Assembly (NCBI GenBank): GCA_043228905.1
Contig: JBHGNT010000001.1
Span: 6,262,001 to 6,326,000 of the forward strand
DNA: 64,000 nucleotides
DNA from: Azolla caroliniana
Taxonomy: Eukaryota; Plantae; Polypodiophyta
Direction of reading: 5' to 3'
Below the pieces are notes generated by a model that was not told the DNA's origin, made no database searches, and saw only the letters and a list, made by a program, of their open reading frames with translations. Below are positions 10,301 to 19,092 of this stretch, one piece after another. The translations under genes were made by a program, and so were the position numbers. How positions within the stretch are numbered: position 1 is the first letter of the stretch; each line of letters opens with the position of its first letter.

Positions 10301-11605
10301 GTGTAAGGTCGCGGGACCGCCGCTCGTCGATGTAATGTCCGCAGCCACCTCCGCTCGGACGTCGTTGTCCGTGGCTACCCCGCCTCCGTATATGCAAGCA
10401 TCGGTTATGCTTGCCGCCGCCTCTTCCGCGGTCCCCTTACCGTTGTCTCGGTTGCCCGCCTTGCCGCCGCCATCGTGCTTTTCCCTCGGTCTCACGCGGG
10501 CGCTCGGGCCGGCCGCCGGGGTCTCTTGAACCGGTGCGTGGAAGGTTGCGGTACCGCCGCTTGTCTGCTCCGTACTCGATGATTCGGGCCACCATGTCCC
10601 GAATCCGCCATGTCCGCTCGTATCGGCGATCGCCGCCTCACCGTCCCCGACCTCGTCCTCGGTCGTTCTTTCCCCCCATGTCGAGAGGGCGGCTCGCTCC
10701 GCACCCTCTCCCGTGGTACCGATGTACCATTCTCTTTCGGCCTCCGCATAGGCCCCGTCCTCCATGTGTGAGGAAGCTCCTTCCTCCGCGTCCTCCGATC
10801 CGCTCGGGCCCGACCCCGCAATAAGCCATTCTTCGGCTTCGATTTTCGCCATTACGAGCCCGCACGCCTCCCGTATTAGCGCTTGTAGGTCGAGCCCCTC
10901 CAAACCGGTTCGCGATGAGCTCTCGTCCGGCGGCATGGCGTAGTCGGTCGTCGCTCTCTCTTCTTCCCCGCTCGCGGGCCGTGTTGTGGCCGACCGCCTC
11001 GCCTCATGTTGCCGACACACCCATTCCACTTCGGGCCACTCCTCGGTGAGACCATGCGCCCCATAATCGTCTTGAAGCTCGAACATGATGTCCATCCTCT
11101 CCTCATGATGGACCGTCTCCAAAAATAGGAGGACTTTGTCCGCCCCCACCGATCTTCGTTCCCACTCCGAGAGTTGAGAGAAACGACGCTCGAACTCTCG
11201 GAATGCCTCTATTGCGCTCCGATGGCGCCTCGCCGACGCCATCCACCGATCGAACTCTCGCCGACCTCTTACCTCCGATTCCGCGCACCCGTATGCCTCC
11301 ATTAGAGCCCCTTCAAAGGACTCCCACGATTCGTGAGCTTCTTGGAGCTCCTTGACCTCCTCGTACTTTGATGCGGCCGCCGCTCGACGAAAGAACTCTA
11401 GCCTCGTCGCTTCGTCCACGCCCATCCCCGTCATTTCCGCATCGTAGGCTCTCAAAAATTTTGGGACCTCCTTCCCATCGAACCGGCCGACTAGACGGAC
11501 CACCCTTTCGACCGCTTGTTGAGCCGCCTCTCGCCTCGCCCTCTTCCGTCCGGCGTCCATCAAGATCTTTGTCATCATCTCCTCGAAGTCGAAGCCTTCC
11601 TCCAT
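7340..11605 (-). CDS. 1421-aa Gag-like protein: about 200-aa capsid-like N-terminus plus long repetitive acidic Gly/Ala/Thr-rich tail
   Basis: Uninterrupted ORF filling the space from PBS to PPT. The N-terminus aligns by eye with the host gypsy Gag (AVERVVRLVGRFDGKEVPKFLRAY vs AVDRVVELESQFDGRNVTKFLDAY; DKVLLFLETV vs DKTLYFLKAV; LQDDYGAHGLTEEW vs LEDDTQANGLVADW). Confidence 0.88.
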   Translation of the reverse strand: MEEGFDFEEMMTKILMDAGRKRARREAAQQAVERVVRLVGRFDGKEVPKFLRAYDAEMTGMGVDEATRLEFFRRAAAASKYEEVKELQEAHESWESFEGALMEAYGCAESEVRGRREFDRWMASARRHRSAIEAFREFERRFSQLSEWERRSVGADKVLLFLETVHHEERMDIMFELQDDYGAHGLTEEWPEVEWVCRQHEARRSATTRPASGEEERATTDYAMPPDESSSRTGLEGLDLQALIREACGLVMAKIEAEEWLIAGSGPSGSEDAEEGASSHMEDGAYAEAEREWYIGTTGEGAERAALSTWGERTTEDEVGDGEAAIADTSGHGGFGTWWPESSSTEQTSGGTATFHAPVQETPAAGPSARVRPREKHDGGGKAGNRDNGKGTAEEAAASITDACIYGGGVATDNDVRAEVAADITSTSGGPATLHASFLEITAAGPSARVRPMVKGGGCGKAGDHGVDTREGAEQATVSSRGKRTAMDEADIYGAMDATSRVGGSFGTRLPETFYEDFASILEACEMEEEEETSVGVASFHTPALEASAVGPSAGTRPGATDGGGGKADNRDKDETGEKEAAASILDACETEDGVATDDDVRMEVATDERSGGVATFHTPVLETPAPGPRAGERPRVTDGGGGKAGNRNDDDMGEGAERATLSSCGEWTAKDEAGDYKAESATSKVGGKFGARRPKTSSGEEASGGAATFHTPALEASAVGPSAGTRPRTTGGGGGKAGKQNDAENGEEEVVASILEAYGIGDGGAADNDVRTKAATETTSGGAGSLPTPILEAPMAGPSAGMRLSATGGDGGKAGNGIEKEDWSGRRQDPLTLGPETSAVVLECQRETGEMGGDREEVRPGESAYEDEYAGPGMGVYGGSDGEDRSGNEERVGNRPDRNTARKKKRVRAGEPGPNRRKPARPIGRLRLRLRLRLRWEPVSARWRLTGHDDHGSGEKRKQTRPSIPTLETTAVADQHKTGETAGGGEESEAGAYEVTGTDIRYEMVDGWVQDGEPVSERATATKEEKTDTEVGSTAEERDEMHAIRPMEGQDTSMPTKEPHRATEDDGRITPSRGQYEEEGGDDETRHDAREDWWEEVAYGEAKTGGHEDKTREGSSTPAIETPAIGASADVRPRVADGGGEGTKATTDEGTERGIREVAVNEDVCAQRNEHDITKDVCGRAGQEGQEGVPSSETEVGEEGYLSERVREEERNAKRAIRPHEGQATSTGTMVCSTAREHGKQGEGEKCVMGSSKDRSTSTHSEDDTDVRGNPTEGKRGARRVGTTRCAARKRRIRRICEADKGSATAFGRTERGGKRGHRIWRSECSRWFEETRWTWRIRWRQRLGEHRRVWRIGWSRRFETIRRRWWAGRRRWFVWTGWTCSKWKTKPGKPTRLSRARLAALAENLAFCSPFGTYRWMCG

Positions 11606-11625
11606 CTCTTTCTCCCTTGCCGCCC

Positions 11626-11643
11626 TTCACGTCGGGTTCACCA
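11626..11643 (-). promoter_or_regulatory. PBS of the Gag-only element (tRNA-Trp)
   Basis: Minus strand TGGTGAACCCGACGTGAA (18 nt), 4 nt from the LTR. Confidence 0.85.
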
Positions 11644-11647
11644 AAGA

Positions 11648-12328
11648 TGTCGCGTTGTTACGCGCGTGCGTGGAGAAGGGCGGAACCACGGGGGTCTTGG
11701 ACTAAGGAGAAGGGGAGAAGGAATAGAACTTCGGAATGGAGCTTAGCACAAGAAGAGAAAGAATGAACAAGAGGAAGATGGAGGCCAAATGCTCAACAAG
11801 ATATATTAGAACCGAAAACCGATTACAAAATGGCGGCCGCGTTGGCCGCACCAAACGACTATGATAAACCCGAAACCCTAATCCGACGAAGAAGGAAAGA
11901 AACCCTAACTAAGGAACCCTAAACGAAATGGTATACCTCACTCACACTCAAAAATAAGGCAACCCCCACAATGGTGCTCTTCCACTCCTTTTATAGCACA
12001 AGGAGAGAAGACCGTTTTCAAAAAGGGTGCTACAAAATATCCCCTTTCAATCAATGGGGATATTTCCCTTGATTTTAGGGGAGGTGGGAAGGATGGGTCT
12101 TAACTCCCACCTCTACACGAACTACCACGTACCTATCTCTCTCTCTCACGTGGATGTGCGCGCAAAAGCACATCACCTTTACACTTTACAAATCCTAAGG
12201 TGCATTTCTAGCACCATACTTATCACTATCGATAAATAGAAATACAACATGGTGATGTGCAACGTTGCACATCGCGGGTTTGCTTGCTTCGCTCGGTTTT
12301 CCGCCTATGGACGAAAATCTTCACGACA
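11648..12328 (-). repeat. Gag-only element 5' LTR
   Basis: Minus strand TGTCGTGAAGATTTTCG...CGCGACA, contains CTATAAAA, followed by the PBS. Confidence 0.95.
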
Positions 12329-12376
12329 ACGTGAACGAGGCGGTAGGAAGGATCAAGTCGAGATTAATACTTGGAG

Positions 12377-14575
12377 ATGGCGTCCTCAAGCAACCAAGCG
12401 GGAGAGCTCAAAAGGATGATGCTAATCGTCAAGCAAATGATGAGATCTCGGGACAACGATGCGAGCGTGGAGAAGGCTGTCGATCGTGTCGTAGAGCTCG
12501 AGAGCCAATTCGATGGAAGGAACGTTACGAAGTTCCTTGATGCATATAAGAGGGAGATGAATCAGAGGGACGTGTCCGAGGCACGTCAAATCGCAAGCTT
12601 CAAGAGAGTTGTCGCCAACAACATCCAAAGACGCGTCATCGAGCTTCAAGAAGGTAAGACAACATGGGCCGAGTTCGAGAAAACGATACTAGCGGAGTTC
12701 GTGACTAAAGACTCAACGAGGATGACTCGACATGCCCTGATGAAGTGGATAGAGAAGAAGAATAAGAAGATGAGCGTCTCGAGGGTGTACGACGAATTCG
12801 ACCAGATGTTTAGTCGTCTCCCCAATACGGACCAAGTGTTGCTTGAAGAGGACAAGACTTTGTACTTCTTGAAGGCCGTGGACATAAAGGATAGACGGGA
12901 GTTGGGGACTCTTCTCGAAGATGATACCCAAGCAAATGGGCTCGTAGCGGACTGGATCGCGGTGAAGCGGGCATGCAATAGGCTCGACAAGCGTCGCCAA
13001 TGGGTTGATGACACCGACTTGACGGGACCGACTACCACGGAGAAAGCAAGACCGCCGAAAGTGGCTGAGCCGCCAAGACAAAGTAACGTGGAAGAAAAGA
13101 AGATTGATGACGACATCATTGAAGAGCTAGCGAAGAAGTTCGAGAAGGTCACTCTAGCCAACATGAATCATCAGGGCCCTAAAGGAAAAGAACCCTTTAG
13201 ATGCGTGTGGTGCGATAGCATGGACCACATGAGAAGGGATTGTGCGAGCCTTCGAGAGGCGATTCGACAAAATATCGTATACATAGAGGACAACATGATC
13301 TGCTCAAGCGAGACTAGAAGATCCCTATGGCTGAATTTCGGAAGAGGAGGAATGAAGAGATCTATGAAGGATGCCGATGCGACTCATGTGGATGCGATGC
13401 ACTATGCTGCGTCGGCCGGAATAAGAGTCGGGAACGACAAGACTGAAGCTGCTAGAGCGGGAGCAAAGTTTTGGACTTCCGTTCTCGAATATGAGAAGAA
13501 GGGAAAAATCACATCGAACGAGGTAGAGCTTGCGGACTGAAGCGTGCAAAGCATAACCGGGTGGTCGGATCCGGTGGACAACAACACCATACTCGCAGAG
13601 GTGATGTGCGACAACCACGAGGTGTTCGTCGAAGAAAAGAGAAAGAGAATAGAAGAGCAAGGGCCATCAAAAAGACATGAAACAAGGAACGCGAAAAAGA
13701 AGGACGATGCGGAGACGAGTCGACCTTTACAAACGGAGGAACGAGAATCAAGCCGAAAAGGGGAGCCGAGCATACGAGTTGAAGAAACGGTTTGGCCCGT
13801 GAAGGTTGGTGTCGAAGACCCCGCTCGGAGGACAAGGACCATACCTACCTATAAGCTAAGGTCGGACATAGAGCAGACGACGGACCTAAAGAAGATTCTC
13901 GAAGAACGAGTTCTTGATAGCCACGTAACTTTGTCCTTGAGGGAATTGCTTGGCATTACGAAGAAGGAGTTCCATGACACGATCGTGGACCTTGTAAAGA
14001 GAAAGAGACAACAATCGGACGAGGAAGAAGAGAAGCCGCAGAAAGCAAAAACGAATGCCATAACGATGGCAAGTGACGAAATCGATGAAGATATGGTGGA
14101 CAACCACTACACTCGATCTCATTGGGCACGAGCGACAACGGAGACGCCGGTGAAGATCGGGGAGAAGAAAGAGACCGTCGTAGCCTTGATCGACCACGGC
14201 TCGGAGATTAACCTCATGTCAACCGACTTCTACAAAAAGGGAAGATGGCCAATCAATACAAACAACGGATGGAAGATTCGCGCGGCAACAAAGTCTACAG
14301 AGGACTTGTACGGAGCTTGTCCCAATGTCAAAGTCACGATCGGGGATGTGGAGATGGATCAACACTTCTTCGTACAAGAATCGGCGTCGCATCCTGTCAT
14401 CCTAGGGCAACCTTATATCACATCATCTCGGATGGAGACCAAAGTGTTCGATAATGGAGCAGCCTTCGCACGAATAAAGAGTCTTGACAACCAAAGATCG
14501 GTCCAATTCCTAACAGTGCGAGCCAATCATGAAAGGAATCAAGATAGTCTCGGAGGCGAATCCTCGGATTTTTAG
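12377..14575 (+). pseudogene. gypsy Gag + aspartic protease ORF (one premature TGA at 13538-13540)
   Basis: ORFs 12371..13540 and 13544..14575 are in the same frame. Knuckle CVWCDSMDHMRRDC and protease ALIDHGSEINLM. Confidence 0.9.
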
Positions 14576-17500
14576 AGCGGACTATTGAAGCATGGGGCAC
14601 AAATAGTCCGAGCAATGACAAGACCCCACAAGAAAGAAGAGTGTGTGGATTGCAAGGAGAAGCAACATGTGTCACACCTAGTGGCGCATGTAAACTAGTA
14701 CTACCCGACAAGAAGCACAAGCACCGGATACAAGAATTCGAGAAGATGTTGAAAGAAGAAAACATAATAGAAGAAGGGGAGTTCGTGACTCATATTATGG
14801 AAGAAGCCTCATTTAACGACACCATCGGTGAAATCGAGGACGTCGTGGACTTGAGCTATCTTCACAACCAATGCGTGATTTCGGTTAACTCCGTCAACAT
14901 GTACGCTATCATCGATGAATACCGTCGTGGCATCTCGATGAAGGAAGCTGACATCAACACGAAATATAAAACGGTGGATAAGAAGATCAAGCCAGTTGCG
15001 GTTCCGCTACCGGAAGATAGCTGGCAAAAGATGAAGGAAGTCGCTAACGATCCAAGCTTAAGAGATCCGAAGAAGATAGGTCATGACTTCACCAAAGAGA
15101 CGAAGGGGAAGCTACGAGTTGGAAAGGAGGATTTCCTTCTCCCTGAAGAGGAGCGAATGTTTCGCGATATGCTTGAGAGACATGGGAAGGCTTTCGCATT
15201 CTTCCCACGAGAAATCGGATGCGCCAACCCAAAGGTTATAGAGCTAATGGTGATCTTCACGGTGCCTCATGTGCCTTGGAATTTGAAACCGATACCGGTT
15301 CCGAGAGCACACCTTCCGAAGCTGATCGAGCTCTTAAAGGAGAAGGTGAGTATGGGAATTCTAGAACCGTCGAATGCTCCTTATTCCAATAGGTGGTTCA
15401 CGGTGCCGAAGAAGAATGGATCATTGCGATTCATCCAAGATCTTCAACCCGTCAACAAGGTGACAATTCGAAATGCCGGAATCGGTCCGAGCGTGGACGA
15501 ATTTGCCGAAGCGTTTGCGGGCCGGTCCATCTACTCCATTGGCGATCGACAGTCGGGACATTACAACCATGAGGACTCCGATCGAGCTTGTGCAGATGTG
15601 TACCTTACCCCAAGGCGCAACAAACTCGGTGGCTCATATGGTGAATGCCATGAATAAAGTCTTGAAGGATTGCATTCCGGACATCACGATGCCATTCTTG
15701 GATGATATTCCGATAAAAGGATGTTCGGATGAGGAGAAAGATGAATCGAAAGATAAGGAAGGTTGTAGAAAGTTCGTTGCGGATCATATGAAAGATTGCG
15801 AGAAGGTGCTTCAAAGGCTCGAAGATGCGAATTTGACATTTTCAGGAGAAAAATCCGCATTCGGGCAACCGGAGATCTTGGTGGTAGGTCACTTGTGTGG
15901 AGCATACGGCCGGAAGCCCTCGCCATCCAAAGTGAACGCAATCCAAGACATGAAAGAAGAATGCGAAAACCAAACGGAGGTTCGAAGGTTCCTTGGATCG
16001 TGCGCGTTTTATTATATATGGATTCCTCACTACGCTCATGTCGCGGAACCGTTATATGGACTACTAAAGAAAAGAATAAAGTTCGAATGGCGAGACGAGC
16101 ACACAGAGGCGATGCGAAGATTAAAGAAACTGCTTCTTGAAGCTCCGGCACTAAGGAAGGCCGACTATGCCGAAGGGAAACCAATTTATGTGACCGTAGA
16201 TACGAGCCCAACCGGAATCGGGTGGGTCATCAATCAAGAAGGTGAAGATAATGCGCGATATGCCGTCCGGTTCGGAGCAAAGGTTCTCTGCGAACGGCAA
16301 CAAAGATATGCCCAAGTCAAGCGGGAACTTTGGGGTATTGTGTCGGCAGTCAAGACGGACAAAGATTACCTGATCGGGTCAGAAGTGATAATAGAGACAG
16401 ATTGTCTCCCAATTCTCGGAATGATCTCGGGATGTGCGACCCCAGATCTTGCTATGCTAAGGTGGATCGCCTACATCAAGTCTTTAAACCCAGAGATCCG
16501 TCACATCGCAGGGAAGAAGAACGCCATGGCTGACATGCTGTCGAGAGCAAGATTTTCAAATGGAAGTAACATGGTTTCGAAAGATGAAGATGTCGCCCTC
16601 AACTTCTTCAAGATGGCTCGATTGTCGGCGGAAGACCAGGACACGCAAACCCTCCACGCCTTCAACGAGAACGAGTACGAAGGAGAATGGTTACTCATCG
16701 GTAGATTCCTAAGAACATTGACGACAGATGCTTCGTTGACAAAGGAGGAGGCCCTACGAATCCGAAAGAAAGCTTATCGATACTTCTTGAAGGGAGGATT
16801 CCTTTGGCAACATCCAAAAAGAAGGACAGGAATACCACGTCAAGTGGTGGTAAAGAAAGAAGAGCAAGAGACGCTGATGACCGAATTCCACGAGAGTGCC
16901 TGGGCAGGTCATAGAGGAACATGGGCGACGTTCGAAAAATTGAAGGAGAAGTACTGGTGGCCAAGCATGTACAAAGATGTACTCCATTTCGTGTCCACAT
17001 GTGAAACTTGCCAAATATATTCAAATATACGTCATCGTGATAAGTTAAAGACGACATACCCACTCACCATTCACTTCAAATGGATGGTGGATCTGGTCTC
17101 GATGCCAATAGGAGTGGGACAAATGAAGTGCTTAGCGCTCGCAAGGGAAGACTTGACAAATCAAGTGGAAGGACGAGCCTTGACAAATAAGACGACTTCA
17201 GCCGTTTGTAAATTTTTACTTGAAGATGTTGTTTGCCGATATGGATGTGTAGGGAAGATAGTGGCTGACCGAGGGGAGTTGGACGCGCACGAAGCGACGG
17301 AGCTCTTCGAAAGACTAGGCGTGAAGCTCTCCCTCACGACTGCCTACAATCCGGAAGCAAATGGGAAGATTGAGCGAGGGCATGGACCTATCGTTAAAGC
17401 CATCGTACGGGCATGCAACGCTCGAGTCGGGAATTGGCCACGACTATTACCCTATGCCTTGTGGGCCGATAGAACGACACATAGCTCGGTGACAGGGTAT

Positions 17501-18025
17501 ATGCCGACGGAGCTTATGTATGGACAAAAGCCGATTATGCCCATCGAAAGGACGATCGCCTCATGGGTAGCGATACCGTGGGAGAACGAGATGAGCTGAG
17601 AAGAGTTATTAGCGGCGCGGATAAGGCAACTTGAAAGAAGACCTGAAGATTTAGAAAAAGCGCGAAAGATGATGAAGGCAGCCCGAGTAAAGAACAAAGT
17701 TCGGTTCGACAACACGCATCGACTTCGTCCCAAGAAGATTGAAGAAGGGGATTGGGTTTTGGTTTACGACAGCACCCTTGACAATCAACATAGTACAACA
17801 AGGAAGTTCGCAAGAAGATGGTTCGGGCCATATGTGGGGACAAGTGCCAACGATAATGCCACATACCACCTTGCGGAACTAGACGGATCAAGGTTGGCCG
17901 TACCCATTGCGGGAAAAAGAGTAAAGCTTTTCAAGAAAAGACAAGACAAGGATCCTGACCTTGATTACCTCGACGATGAACATAATAGGCCGGATGAAAA
18001 TGAAGACATGGAGGAATCTAATTGA
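14566..18025 (+). pseudogene. gypsy RT-RNase H-integrase, starting in the -1 frame relative to Gag-PR; small deletion near 15547 and stop at 17597
   Basis: YSNRWFTVPKKNGSLRFIQDLQPVN, LPQGATNS, FLDD, VDTSPTGIG, ETDC, NAMADMLSR, H...GH...C..C, ADRGEL, YNPEANGKIERGH, RRWFGPY. Confidence 0.93.
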
Positions 18026-18097
18026 TCATCGTAGCCGAAATCTCACTTCTTCTCTTCTTGGCACGTACCGGAGGACGTGCGGTTTGGTGGGGGTGGA

Positions 18098-19088
18098 TGT
18101 CGTGAAGATTTTCGGCAATAGTGTGAAAATCCCATAAAACGTACGAAATCGAGTATAAATCACGTAATACAATAATTGTGAAGATAACATTTTTAATATC
18201 TAAGTACAAAATGATGGAGGTTTCGAATGCACTTTATTACACGAGAAATGGACAACTAAATGTCAAGATATGAGGGTATAAAGTTTGTAAAAAGAAAAGA
18301 GAAAATTGTGAGATATCCCACATATGCACGAAAAATACGGCTCTCATCATATATAAGGTGGAGCAAAAGATATTATCTTTGTGTCTATGTGTGGAGCATA
18401 GAGAGTTCAAGGTAACTTGAACTCGTAAAGGGTTTTGGCCAACCAAAACCGGACCGGCGATAGAGCCGGTGATCCGACGGCAATCCGGCGGCGGCATCCG
18501 GCATCGGTATCCGGCGAGGCACCGGTAACCGACGGCATCCGGCGGCGGCACCCGGTGGCGGCACCGGTATCCGGCGACGGTATCCGGCGAACCGGCGTCC
18601 GGCAACTAGATAAATAAATATATAAATATATATGGATTCGAACTTTGCACCTCCAAGTTAGGAGTCAATTGGCTTACCATTAAGCCATGCTATTTAGTTG
18701 AAATTATATTTCTATCATTGTACTTTTACATGTAAATTCTCATACATGAGAGCTAAAATGAGTGACATGGTTAGCATGCACCACATGTAATACTTAAGCG
18801 CCAAATGGCAAACATGCAATTTATGCATGCCTTGTACCCTCACGTGCATCATATGCATGAGAGCATCTATAAAAGAAGGAAGGGGGAGGAGAAAAAACAC
18901 GGTTTTTTTTATGAAAATTAAGAGGAAGGAATTCGTTATCAAATCAATCGTTTAATCTCAACTTCTCTCTTTCCCAATCTATCTTAAGTACTTTCTCGCC
19001 AAAGCTTGTATCGACTCTAAATCCTTCTGGTCCAGAACCCCGGCGGTTCCGCCTCACGATCTGCGCGTAGTGACGGATCTTCACGACA
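18098..19088 (+). repeat. gypsy 3' LTR
   Basis: Direct repeat of 5567-6624, preceded by G-rich PPT GGTGGGGGTGGA. Confidence 0.95.
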
Positions 19089-19092
19089 CCGG

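Larger units (their letters stand above)
6648..12328 (-). mobile_element. Non-autonomous Gag-only LTR retroelement (5681 bp), 4-bp TSD ACGT
   Basis: 681-bp LTRs at 6648-7328 and 11648-12328 with no mismatch found by eye. ACGT at 6644-6647 and 12329-12332. PBS, PPT and a single ORF; no PR, RT, RH or INT motifs. Confidence 0.95.
5567..19088 (+). mobile_element. Ty3/gypsy LTR retrotransposon (no chromodomain seen), tRNA-Trp primed, 4-bp TSD CCGG
   Basis: LTRs 5567-6624 and 18098-19088 with 12-bp terminal inverted repeat TGTCGTGAAGAT. CCGG at 5563-5566 and 19089-19092; removing the element and one CCGG restores the copia frame SASGPEDVWFVDSGAS. Gag-PR-RT-RH-INT order. Confidence 0.96.

Noticed and set aside
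7249-11766. Many long plus-strand ORFs (e.g. 7362..8309, 7880..8704, 8706..9332) inside the Gag-only element
   Set aside because: Antisense shadows of a GC-rich, repetitive minus-strand ORF; no recognisable motifs.
6648-12328. Identical repeats exactly 5000 bp apart as an assembly artefact
   Set aside because: TG/CA termini, TSD, PBS and PPT are all correctly placed, so these are genuine LTRs; the round number appears coincidental.
13538-13540. TGA between gypsy Gag and protease as programmed read-through
   Set aside because: More simply a CGA>TGA deamination, like the stop at 17597; no read-through context evident.
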